From NCBI GenBank assembly GCA_002256025.1, contig NKIB01015153.1, forward strand, positions 1 through 37,957: a stretch of DNA of 37,957 nt, written 5' to 3'. The notes under the pieces are model-generated. The model made no database searches. It was not told the DNA's origin and saw nothing but the letters and a program-made list of their open reading frames with translations. Origin of the DNA: Asterionella formosa (Eukaryota). This document shows, piece by piece, positions 21,160 to 32,447 of this stretch. How positions within the stretch are numbered: the stretch's first letter is position 1; each line of letters opens with the position of its first letter. A program made the translations under genes and the position numbers.

Positions 21160-21991
21160 GATTGCACTAGGATACTGATGTGGTATAAGCAACAGGATAT
21201 AATAAAACAAGATAGCGAACACTTTTCCTTCTGTGGTCTCGATGATCCTTGAATCATTGGCACCACCACACATAAAATACGTATGCATGTTGCTGTGGTA
21301 TCGTATGTGTATGTGTGTACACAGGTTGATCATTCATACCGGTAGTGTGCATATTTACCAGTAAAGGTATTAGCCATCCGCTAGTAATACCGGTACTCTA
21401 CATACTCCTACACAGAACACAGCTACCTAGTATGTGATAGTATGGATGTAAAGAACCAGTTACTCTGAGTGTTACAATCCATTACTTACTATGTGTGCAT
21501 GGGGGTGTTTGTTGTCTACTCTACAGGTATGAAATATTATTTTAGTTCGGCCATTCATTCCTCACTCTGGCGAGCAAAACGAGAGGATGACGAACCGATT
21601 AGGTATACTTTGTACCGGCATATTTAAATATATACCGGGTATTAGATAGTACATCTGCAAGGCATACGTGAGCAAAGACAGGATAACAACTAAACTGGTT
21701 TCTCAGGGAGTAGTAATTCATCCACAAGGGTATCTCGAAGCTGAACTCAAACGAATGTACATATCCAGCAAGTATGACCCTTCACTGCCCTCCTCTGGCA
21801 CACCGGTGGTAGTCCTGATTATTCTAAAGTTAAAAAATGTACAGCAAAACAGAAGCTAGTAAGTAGGCAAAATTCTGGAAGTTACTACTAGACAAATAAC
21901 TAATGAATAGAGGGATAGATACAAAGAAACAAAATCTATACAGAAGCAGGACGAATTGTATTCAAACCTACTGGCACCTGCGTGAAAGATG

Positions 21992-23602
21992 CTACGAGCT
22001 AGAAGGCTCAACGTTTTTTTTGTCGGCCTTCCTGGCTTCTGCTACAGCAGCCCCCAAAGTCATGTACAATGGCATATCATCGTCACCATATGCTTCCTTG
22101 GTTGCTTCAACCACAGCCAACTGCGCAGCTGTTGCGGCTTCCATCATGCTATTGAAAAGACGCTCGAACAACTGATATTCTTTAGTGAAACTCCCAATCT
22201 TGTTCGCTGTTTTTTCAAACAGGTCGCCCACGAAGCCAAGAGCATTAGTAGTTTCAGCCCACAAGTCAAATTCATCACTAAGCTGCGCCATTCGTGACAC
22301 TGTCGCTGCAAGTGATTTTTCAACCTTATCAATTGCTTCGCCGTTGGCACCTTCTGACTCCTTGAGCTTATCGAGTGCATCCTCGAGCGATATCTTTGTC
22401 TTGTACAAAACGTCGTACTTTGAATCCAACGTTACAAGATAGTTGTACACTTCAATGGCAGATATGGCAACCTTTTGTACAAGTACACTGGCATCACCAT
22501 TTTGTCTCGACAAGTAATTTGCCACTGTCGCCGCGGCAATAGCACCCACGGGACCGGCCACGGCGAACCCGGCCACCCCTCCAAGGACACCGGCAGTAAA
22601 CTCCACTGTCGCGTCGTTCATTACTAGGACCATGGCCCCCTCATTTCTTCGTTGCCGGGGTTGACGGTCTCGCTTGGCAACAAATGGTGGAGGATTCGGG
22701 TCGACTAAAGGTTCCACTGTCACGCCATTGTTCAATCCATCGAGATACCCCCCGGAGAAAGGTCCAGTCGAGCGATACACCGGCTTTGCAACGTTATCAT
22801 CGGAAGAAATACTAACATGAGATGTTTTAGCATAATCCGCATTCTGCGCTGCGACCTCCGAATCAGGAATCGTCGATCCTGATAAACTACTTAAATAGCT
22901 GGCCCCGAAACCAGACACTTTGGCTGAAGATGGAAGAGTTGTCGTCGCAGCGGATGCTACCTGCGGTGAACCAGGAAGAGTTGAGGTTCCTGACAATGCA
23001 CTGAGATAACTAGTCCCAAAGCCAGATGATGCACTTATTGATGCAGAAGGTGTTGTTTCAAAACCATTCGTGTAAGCTGGTGTACTTGGCAATGAACTAA
23101 GATAGCTAGCCCCAACGCCTGTCCCTGTCGTCGCTGAAACTGGCGTTGAAGGAGGGACATGATGTGTTGTCACTGCCGGAGTGGCGAGCTTCGTTCCCGT
23201 CAATCCACTAAGATAGCTAGAACCATATCCAGGTCCACCCATAGTAGCTGACACTGGAGGAGTGCGATTAGCAACACTTTCGAGATAAGAAGAAGTCCCT
23301 TGCACTCCTTGAACGGGTGCTTTCTTGAACGAGTCCTTTGAAAGTGAGTTGAGGTATCCTCCTACATCGGCAGTGGCACGCGTTTCTTCGCCATTCACGG
23401 CCCCGGAGTCATCTAGGTATCCATGAAAACCAGGCCCTTTCGGGGTTTCGCCATTGTAGTTAGATAGGCTATCAAGGTACAAAAAGGCTGACGTTGGCTC
23501 CTTTCGAACGTTTGCTGACTGTTGATGGACTGAGAAACTTTGCACGGCTAAAGGAGAAGGCGTAGCCAGGAATAACGCGAGAGCAACGTAAACCCGAATC
23601 AT
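21992..23602 (-). CDS. Cluster gene C: predicted plastid-targeted protein (about 536 aa) with 9 YLxxL-type motifs and the same glycine-zipper/helical domain as gene B
   Basis: Presequence MIRVYVALALFLATPSPLAVQS-FSV; motifs GYGSSYLSGL, GVGASYLSSL, GFGTSYLSAL, GFGASYLSSL and others; hydrophobic segment TAGVLGGVAGFAVAGPVGAIAA. Confidence 0.87.
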   Translation of the reverse strand: MIRVYVALALFLATPSPLAVQSFSVHQQSANVRKEPTSAFLYLDSLSNYNGETPKGPGFHGYLDDSGAVNGEETRATADVGGYLNSLSKDSFKKAPVQGVQGTSSYLESVANRTPPVSATMGGPGYGSSYLSGLTGTKLATPAVTTHHVPPSTPVSATTGTGVGASYLSSLPSTPAYTNGFETTPSASISASSGFGTSYLSALSGTSTLPGSPQVASAATTTLPSSAKVSGFGASYLSSLSGSTIPDSEVAAQNADYAKTSHVSISSDDNVAKPVYRSTGPFSGGYLDGLNNGVTVEPLVDPNPPPFVAKRDRQPRQRRNEGAMVLVMNDATVEFTAGVLGGVAGFAVAGPVGAIAAATVANYLSRQNGDASVLVQKVAISAIEVYNYLVTLDSKYDVLYKTKISLEDALDKLKESEGANGEAIDKVEKSLAATVSRMAQLSDEFDLWAETTNALGFVGDLFEKTANKIGSFTKEYQLFERLFNSMMEAATAAQLAVVEATKEAYGDDDMPLYMTLGAAVAEARKADKKNVEPSSS

Positions 23603-23944
23603 GATGGCAGCTCTGTGTGCCCCTTCGATGCAAGCGAGACCCAACTAATATTGTGCTATTGCTATGACGAACAATAGTGAGAAAAGTGACAACTAATTTT
23701 TGTTTTGATAGAAAGGATTCGTATCATTATATTTTACATATATTCTACTACCCCTATCATGGATGATGCCTTTCTACGTCCCACATCAATTTCTTTGATG
23801 TGTAGATATGACAAGCGCGATGATGTATCAAAGCCAGCATGATTGTTACGCACACATCATCAGCACTGATATATATGTATCGTACATGATCGGGAATATG
23901 ATTCTAGCTGGCCGTTTTGTTACACGCCATTATTTAGTTGACCT

Positions 23945-24002
23945 ACGTCAGCCTTCGACGTCAACGACAAGAACTTTGACGAGCAACGTCATCGCAACGT
24001 CA
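23945..24002 (-). promoter_or_regulatory. Dense cluster of four TGACGT (CCRE-like) motifs 340-400 bp upstream of gene C
   Basis: ACGTCA on the plus strand at 23945, 23958, 23986 and 23997, all in the same orientation. Confidence 0.6.
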
Positions 24003-25212
24003 GCCGACGCAACAGCTATGTCACAACCAATCTATAAAATCCTCTCCCTGTACATCATGTCCTCTACAGCAGCAGGGTACCTGGTACCAGGTACCAGGTA
24101 TTTTTGCATGCACTCCAGATATCATGCTGTGCGCACATGTGATCGCTATAAAATACCGTACAAAGCAACCGGTACCTTGAACTACTGGTACTTGGCAGCC
24201 AGCCAGGTAGCTCCCGTAAATTATATTTAGGCGCGCGGCAACATCATCATGCATATTCATAGTATGTGTTGTGAATTGTTACAGATTTTTATTTTTATTT
24301 ATTTTTCTCTTTCTTGATTTGATCAAATGCCCAAGAGGATGAACAGGTGGTCCTCCGGAACCGCAACCAACAAGAACGAGGCTCAACAAGTGAAGTACCG
24401 AATTGTCTGATTTTTGATGTATCAACAAATTCAGGAAGTGATGCATTATATTTGTGGCTGCATCAAGATTGTCACTGCATTATTCTGTGGTCTCCAGCCA
24501 CCACACAAAATAATTCTTACGCTTTCTGCCATTATGCATCACTGCATTTTTAACCACTACAAACCGTCTTTGCTAGAAGCATGCAGTGGTATAGCAAGTA
24601 GGAGGGAGTACATGCCAGGTTTTCAGAAGGTGTTTAATTACATGCATGACCAGTGCTTTAACACAAGCTGACCTAATCTGTCCTCGAAAATTTATATAAA
24701 TGCATATACACACATTGCCATTGAGACCCATTGAAACCACTTTTTAGCTGTTTAATAATCATTGTATCTTCTGATGAAATCTTTCAATTAGAATTTTAAC
24801 ACAATAGCTTCTGATTGATTGATGCTGCTCTGACAGCACTATTGAACAAATGGGTCTGCAATTAGGTAGAATTTACCTTTAGTTGGAAGAGTCAAACAAA
24901 CACCCCAATTCAATGGGTCATGGCAGTTTTTACTGGTACCTGGTACCAGTACATGGGTACTGGTAATCAAATGTATATTACCAGAAAGTTGCGGTCATTC
25001 TGCTTAAATAAACAATTTAATATCGGATAAAAACAGTTAAATGTTTAGTTTCAGCATAGTTACCGCAACTTGCAGGTACCAGGAACTCCTTCCTGATATA
25101 CTCCGGAGTACCTGGCATGTGTTTGTGAATTGAATGTCTACATGTTGTATCATTTGGCTCTATGACATAGCAAAACGGCACTAATACCGATACCAGGGTA
25201 CAGTATCACATC

Positions 25213-25387
25213 TGTTGAGGGGAACCTTGTTGTGAATAAGGTGAGCTACAATACTAGTATGACTATTCTATTGCTGTCATGAGTGCAATGTTAGTAGCAC
25301 TCATGCATGTACCTAATCTGGTGGTTTCGCTGGTATGATTTGTATGATGCATGTACTATCATGGGACACCATACTCAGATATTAACA
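25213..25387 (-). repeat. 3' LTR (175 bp, TGTT...AACA)
   Basis: TG..CA termini; aligns with 30965-31122 (GAGGGGAACC, AGGTGAGCTACAATA, TATGACTATTCTATTGCTGTCATGA, GCATGTACCTA). Confidence 0.88.
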
Positions 25388-25497
25388 CACCCTCAGAAGC
25401 AGATTCAGGTAGAAAAGCGACAATAGAAAGGGGAGGACAGGGAGTAGGGGCATGGGTGGAAATATGGGCATTGGCATTAGCCAAGCAAGCATAATAG

Positions 25498-26260
25498 TTA
25501 GAAGTAACAGGGTGGGAGGGAAGAAGGACAATGGAGATAGTGGGTGTGCATCAAAGTATGATGGGAAGCAGGATGATGCTTCTTAGTAAAATTAACTTCG
25601 CAATTTAAACTGCCTTTTTCCCAGTACACGAGAAATTGGCCTTGAACCCAGTCATGTACCAAATAAAAACGCATATCCATAGCTTTGAAACGCTTTTGGC
25701 GGACGGTATCATTAGCAATACCACTGGCAGTGCCACTATCAGTGATAATAGGGGTAGAAGGTTGGGCATGCCTGGCAAGTTCAGCAAGAATGTTACGATT
25801 AGGATACGCCTCTTTTTCATCGTGGAACAAGGCAGCCGGTTCAGCCTTGGCAGCACTGGATAACACCTCCTTGAGAATTTGGGAATGCAGTGTAAAGGGC
25901 ACCATTAAGAAAAGGGATGTTATCCATAGGGCAGGGCAGATACAAGGGTTTACAGCTGAGATAATGAATGCCAGCAGCACGGGAATGTCCATGTGTTTCA
26001 GACAGATAGGAGGCATCGCTTTCAACATTTAGGATCATGTGACTAGCGTTTTAGTGTAGGGTGGCTTCGGGATTGGTGGCGAAATAATTGAGAAGGTGAG
26101 TAATAGCAGTTAACATGGCCATAGTAAGAGTGGCTTGTTCTGTAGCCAATGTACTGAGGGCGGGAAATATAGTACAGTCAAGAGCACAGGCATAATAGAG
26201 TAAGGTACCATGAACCTCCTGCGCACGTTTTTAATCATTGAGGTCTAGTAGGGTGCTGGG
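25498..26260 (-). pseudogene. Copia pol remnant (RT C-terminus and RNase H), frameshifted
   Basis: Translated fragments GTLLYYA, LLNYFATNPEA, ESDASYLSE..SRAAG, TD..TA.GIANDTV.QKR.KAMDMRFY, YW.KG..N and FTK.H. Confidence 0.88.
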
Positions 26261-26863
26261 AGTGGCATCAGGAAAGAGAAACTGCCTCAACATTTAATTC
26301 CAGTTTACAGCCCCAACTGATGGGTACTAGTTGGAGCGAAGATGGTATTAGAGAATTATGGCAAATAGGAACCGACTGTTGGATACACCGGAATGAGGAG
26401 TTATATGGCAAGACTGAAGAAGAACAATTGGCAAAATTGATGAAAGAGGTTGATGAAAAGATCATTGCATGATATGAAAGGGACCAAGGAACAAAGGTTC
26501 ATATAGAAGATAAATCATTTTTTCTTCACCCAGCAGATGTACAAATCAAGCGCCACACCTTACACCAAAAACGCCAATGGGTGGAATCAGTTGACTCGGC
26601 GGTCAATGCATGGCATTGTACCACTACTCCAGCAGGAGAAAATGGAATTGGGGGTGCACGACCTCGCCTTGTCTTTTATGGCAACGCAATCACAGCAGAA
26701 GACCCAGAGTTCGAAAGAAACAGAAGTGAACTAGTCATAGTGTTGACACCGGCACAAGTGCAAGTTTAGTTAGTTTAAATTTAGTTTAAATATTACCTGT
26801 GAAACAAATGATATGATTGAGGAGGTGGCAGAATGACCGTAGGGATATCGGCAGTAGTGGGCC

Positions 26864-26951
26864 TAGGGTTAGGGTTAGCGAAACTCTAGTAGGGTTTCCG
26901 TCGCTCGATCCAGGAGGGTTGCAAGTAGGGTTAGGGTTAGGGTTAGGGTTA
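26864..26951 (+). repeat. Interstitial telomere-like (TTAGGG)n tracts
   Basis: TAGGGTTAGGGTTAG at 26864-26878 and TAGGG(TTAGGG)3TTA at 26926-26951. Confidence 0.85.
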
Positions 26952-28864
26952 CCGAAGCGCTGGCTATGCTTCAACAGGTATCTAGCCTGTTGTTGTTGCA
27001 GAAGACCTTTCATCCAATCACGAGTGATGCAGCAGATAGACTGAGACCAATCAATGCATTTCCTACAATTGTATTGTTGTTAATCAAATCAACCAATAAA
27101 GCCAGTTTTGCTGCTTCCACTGATGAGTCCTCCTCAACTTTCAGCTGGCAACTGCTTCCAATGATGGAGCAATCAATTGACATATCAGGATGACTGAAAC
27201 TTCATTCCTCTGCAACCAATTTTCGAGCTGATGCATGGCATGCTGATTCTTTCTTGCCATTCTCAAAGACATAATCCTTTGTTAGCTAGCAAGAGAATAG
27301 ACATGCATTCATCTCTAGCAAATGTTCCAAGCAATTCAAATCAATCCAGCCATAAAAATATCAATCCACAGACATTCCAAAATCATCATTTAATGCCACA
27401 GCAGCACCCATGATTTCCTCCTTCTTGTCATCCTTATCCTCATCATGAGCTGGGTTGCTGTAGCTGGTTTAACCCTTCAGATATTGAAACATATGGTTTC
27501 ATACACCATGGTTGTCAGATTCTTCAACATTGTTCCCAGAAGGCAGAGTACCTTCATGGAGTAACAATTGTGATCCAAATGCTAAGGCCTTCTTCCAATT
27601 CAGCAGGGCATCCTGAGCAATCTTCAAAAGAGTTTGACCAGTAATTAAAGTAGACATATTTTTCATTCCAGCGCCTGGTGCAAGACATCTTGTAGTGAGT
27701 TGGGAGCCAACAACATATCTGTTTTGATAATCAGGGGAATGGAAATCTTTTAAAACCAAATCAAAGGCAGAAACATGATCTGCATTTCCTGGGAGGTTGC
27801 TATTCAACTCCTCTCTATTCCAAAGGTCTTCAAAATGACCCCTTCCCATCAGCAGAGACTCCAAGTATCCAATGCTTCCTTTCACGGATGTATCGCCATG
27901 ATGGGAACCAATAGCATCGTTTTTGTGTCAGTCTGACCAAAACCAATCCAAAAATAAGTTTTTGGGTTTTGGCTTAGGTCAATGGTTGTTAGCAACGGCA
28001 TAAGTTGGTATTTTAACTGCTGGGCCCATTCCAGCCTACTTTCTCAAATCATGTTCCTGAAGCTACAAAGGGGTCAATAAGAAGGGAGGCAAAGGGCGGA
28101 ACATCAAAACATGTTGGGGGCATAACAAACTCTTCAAGATATTTGAGCATCAACTGGAAGTCCGCTTTCAATCAAAACGCGGGAAAGTTACATCCCACAA
28201 GTACAAACGGCGGAAACTGAGCGAAAATGGCTATTTATCACTTTTGGAAGCTTACTCATGGCTCATAGAAGGCCCACAAAGAAGAATTACACAATGACAA
28301 AAATGCAGAAATTGCGCAATCAGTTCCGAATGAAAAGATCAAGATGATATATAACTTACAGACCGAAATATGCAACAGAAACAAAGACATTTTCAAAACA
28401 GATCTAAAAAAATGCTGCAATCAAAACTAAGCAAGAAAAGGCGGTTTTAGAATGGGTAGAATATCTCATAGCGGCCTCCTCCAGAAAATGGCGCGCAGCA
28501 ACACGGCAACACAAAATGACACAACATCTCAGCCAGTCATGTGCTCAAAAGGGGTCATGACACACCAAGGACAATGACTACAACACCAAAAGTTACCATG
28601 TGACAAACACAAATCACTATCCAGGTTTGCAACCCACATGATCCACCTATGGTCTCACAGAACCCGGCTTCGAACGTAGGCACCATAATTTTTTCCCTAC
28701 TCTTACACAAAGGGAGTGACCACCACAAAATCGCATGGACTGCAATGAATACGAATACAATCCTATAACTAGGCTATTACTAATGCACTATAAAGATTAT
28801 TGCCAGATTTTCCCTTCCACCAGGTTATTGCTCATTGAGTAAACATGTATAGCACACTTTCAAA

Positions 28865-29437
28865 CAAATGTGCAACACTATGGTTGTGCAGTACTTTGGA
28901 TCTTGGCTGTATATTACTACAACAAGGTGACGAATGCTGCAGAAGGAGGTATTGCAACGATTCTGTCTGCGGTGGAGACTCATTTATACAATGCTAAAGT
29001 GCAGCACTATGGTTGTGGAGCACTTTGGAACTTGGTTGTGAATAATGAAGACAACAAGGTGACGATTGCTAAAGAAGGAATTATCACCACTACGATTCTG
29101 AATGCGATGAAGTATCATTTAGACAAAGCTAAAGTGCAAAACTAAGTTTTGGGAGCCGCGCTTTGGAACTTGCCTGTGAATAATGAAGACAACAAGGTGA
29201 TGATTGCTAAAAAAGAAGGTATCACTAGTACCATTTTGTCTGTGATGAAGGATCATTTGCCCAATGCCAATGTGCAAGAGTATGGTTGTGCAACACGGCC
29301 GTTTGAGCTTGTTGGTTGAGAAAGACAACTTCAGTGTGGCGATTGCCAATGCTGGTGGTGGAAAAGTCGCAATTGAATCTATTAAGCGAAATCACTCATC
29401 CAATGCTGGTGTTCAAGAAAATCCCTTTGCAATTTGA
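28865..29437 (+). pseudogene. Armadillo (ARM)-repeat protein remnant, about 4 repeats, with a stop and frameshifts
   Basis: Roughly 42-aa repeats VQ.YGC.ALWNL.VNNEDNKV.IA..G..TIL.AM..H...A, broken by an in-frame TAA at 29143-29145 and frame changes. Confidence 0.8.
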
Positions 29438-29699
29438 CCCTACATGGGAAATGGTCATTATGGTAATATTTAGGAGGAGCAATTAATATTGAATCTTTTA
29501 ATTAAGAAACGGTGTCATATTTTGATTATCAATTAGTGTAATTTTTGTTTAATTTCGACTTGGAATTTACATTTATGCTCTTCTTTATTGATTTTTTCCT
29601 GATTGATACATTAGTTACAGGAATGCTAGTGTTCATCGCTTTTCATTCGTTCATGATTCTTTGTGTTAATAGTATTATCGATGTCATCTTGCTTGCTCC

Positions 29700-30750
29700 C
29701 TGCCATATGTGTTGGCGGAGCACAGGGTGGGCTAATGGGACATGTGCCATCGCTGAACAAAGTTCTGATGCCACCTAGTATATGTCGATCAAGTGTGACA
29801 GTAACCTGATGGCCAGTAGAAGGATGATGACAAGTTAAACCAGTGTGTTTGGAAATTCTTAGTGAGACCATGAGTCCAACAATATCCCAGCAAATTGCAC
29901 GTTGTTGTACATGTACGACTATAGCTGCATGTGCACCATGATACACTGCATTGGTTGCGGTTAAAAGGTGCAAAGAACTTCAAGTTTGCGCCGTATCGCT
30001 ATGCACAAAGTGGGGGCAAAATATAGCCAATGTACGGTCCGTATTGGCGTGGTCACGACGCCAAGTTTGAATACTAGCTAAGGGGTATAAACACTGGCCT
30101 GTTCCAACGCAGAAAGAGTCAGTTGCACAACAGCAGCTCCTCTTGGATAAGGCCTCCCCAACGGCATTTGCAATAGCACAGAGATGTTTGATGCAGACAC
30201 ATAAGTTCTTGATAGGTTCATCTAGTGTCCAAGCATCAGCTAAGCACATGCGATAATTTTCTAAATCAACAGCATTCAAGGTGGCTTAGGTGCTAGACTC
30301 TAGTATATGGGCAAGTAAGCAGGCCACAACACTGGCTGATGTTGTTGGCATACCCAAAGGTGTCATCTTCAAGAACATTGTAGTATGTAGGGTCAATGGC
30401 TAGTAAAATCTGTTGCCGGAGAGCTTAGCAGATTTGAGAATAACGGCAGAAGGCATCAAGGGAAGTGTCATAGAGATGGTTGGCAGTGGCGATTTGGGAT
30501 TGTGTACTAGCAATTGCAATGTGCATTGGCTGGGTGCCAGGATGGTTGTGCATTGAAAATGGTTCACCAGTGCACAGCAGATATGGAGCAGTAGCCATGA
30601 AAATGCGAAGAAAACCGTTAGCACCACCACCATACTGGTACAATGTACAGAGTGAGCATTGGCGAAGAGTTCCTTGTGAAGGCATATCACAGAGAGGGCT
30701 GTAGGTTGCTTTACCATCGATTGGCATGAGGAGCAGATGAGGGAAAAGTA
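29700..30750 (-). pseudogene. Copia gag remnant
   Basis: YCWTHG zinc-knuckle start, WTLDEPIKNL and KELFANAHSV fragments, in several frames. Confidence 0.7.
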
Positions 30751-30964
30751 AAACAGCAGAAACAAGAGGAGTTACCATGGTCCAGGAAAGTAGGTCAAGG
30801 GAAAGAACAGAGAAAAAACGCGGGCAATCAGTGTTGCACAGGCGCATGATGAAGGCAGTGATAGTTTGCACTGATTGGGAGGCAGCTATGAAACTGCCTA
30901 AGAGTGCCGCAATGTCAAGGGTGTGGATGAGGGGAGAAACAAGAAGAACAGATCATATTGTAGC

Positions 30965-31122
30965 TCTTGAGGGGAACCATATTGTGCATAAAGGTGAGCT
31001 ACAATATTATGACTATTCTATTGCTGTCATGAATGCGTTGTTTTAAGCACTCACGCATGTACCTACTATCTGGTGGTTACGACGGTGCATACACGAGACA
31101 CCGTACTATGATATGATTTACA
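30965..31122 (-). repeat. 5' LTR (about 158 bp, diverged)
   Basis: Direct repeat of 25213-25387 with many substitutions and indels. Confidence 0.85.
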
Positions 31123-31402
31123 ACTCCGTCACACCCTGATCTGGAATCAGGAATCTCCATGTGTTTCAATTCATCATAGAAATTAGCTATTTTCTTTTGG
31201 CATACATACTAGCTAGAATACCCGTACCGGGTAGACTAATGAACGAAAATTCCGTATGTGAATACCGGTATGCACCCTATCTTATTCATATGTGAAAAGA
31301 ATTGTTATATCTGGATTCAACGGTACCGGTACCTGGTAGTAAAATTTGGTATTACTTTATTTAATTTTCTTGAGAATTGGAAAAATCATCGTCCTGACAA
31401 CG

Positions 31403-32335
31403 ATGGAAACAAGCAACGACAATGGTGTAAATTTAAGCTCAGCCAAAGCGAAACTGCAGAAAATACTCAACGATTCCGAGTTGGACCCAGAATGGCCATT
31501 TCCCACCGAGACTTTCATTGGCATTCTTCAGGCGCATCCTGAGTTGGCGCATGAGCCTCTCTCGTCGTCGTCTTCGTCCAAATGGTCACAACTTCCCTTT
31601 CAATTCCTCTGCCTGATGAGCGAGGACGATGTTCCCAATCCACCCACATTGGCTATGCTAGAACAGGTGTATCAACTATATCCAGAAGCCATTTCGTCGT
31701 CGTCGTCGTCGTCGCAGGAAAACAATCACTCGTTGCTTCACACAGTTGTGGCCTGTAACCCCCGTGTCGATCTTGTCGACTATTTGATCCAACACGATAA
31801 ACAAAATAGTGCAGTACGTACATTGTCACCAGAGGGAATATGGCCTATCCATTTGTTGGTAAGAGATAATTTTATCGAAAGTGACCTTGCCATGGTGCTG
31901 GCCCAAGCCTTTCCTGAATCCATCCGGACTCCCTGTGGACCACTTCATCTCAGCATTATTCAACTCGTCATTGACGCCAGAGAAATGTTGAGAAATGATG
32001 AACAAGGATTGCAAGACAATGAAGCAACAATTTTAGCCTTGATTGACATTGATCCAAATGCATGTCAAGTGATGGACTACAATCCGAACCACACATCCTT
32101 GCTTCCCCTGGGGGAATTATTGACAGGGCCAGTCACACCGCAATTGGTGGAAGCTGTGATCAAATCATGGCCACAAGCACTTGTACATTTGAATGACGGG
32201 TATTTTGATAAAAAACAGTGGTTACCGAATAATATCAAGGAAGTTTTGAAACGATACTGTACTGGTGACAATTTTGAGAACAACTTTGGCTCAGTCGATG
32301 ATGCCAACTACACTGAATCGGATCTTGAAAATTGA
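31403..32335 (+). CDS. Hypothetical protein (about 310 aa) with degenerate ankyrin-like repeats
   Basis: ATG at 31403; segments SLLHTVV..NP.VDLVDYLI, GIWPIHLLV, LAQAFPES and LLPLGELL...VIKSWPQA. Confidence 0.75.
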   Translation: METSNDNGVNLSSAKAKLQKILNDSELDPEWPFPTETFIGILQAHPELAHEPLSSSSSSKWSQLPFQFLCLMSEDDVPNPPTLAMLEQVYQLYPEAISSSSSSSQENNHSLLHTVVACNPRVDLVDYLIQHDKQNSAVRTLSPEGIWPIHLLVRDNFIESDLAMVLAQAFPESIRTPCGPLHLSIIQLVIDAREMLRNDEQGLQDNEATILALIDIDPNACQVMDYNPNHTSLLPLGELLTGPVTPQLVEAVIKSWPQALVHLNDGYFDKKQWLPNNIKEVLKRYCTGDNFENNFGSVDDANYTESDLEN

Positions 32336-32447
32336 AAATACTAATAGACTCGCATTAACTATCGTCTTGTTTGAACATAAAATGAAAATTCATAACAAAA
32401 TCCACATGTACATCTACCTAATATGAAATGGAAGTTCCACACTTCGA

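Larger units (their letters stand above)
25213..31122 (-). mobile_element. Decayed Ty1/copia (CoDi-like) LTR retrotransposon with an internal deletion and nested foreign DNA
   Basis: Two diverged direct LTRs; purine-rich GAGGGTG abutting the 3' LTR on the minus strand; RT-end/RNase H fragments at about 25500-26260; gag fragments at about 29700-30750. Confidence 0.88.

Noticed and set aside
24330..24900. Short ORFs that may be a decayed gene or transposon fragment
   Set aside because: No recognisable motif and multiple stops; a call cannot be supported without a search.
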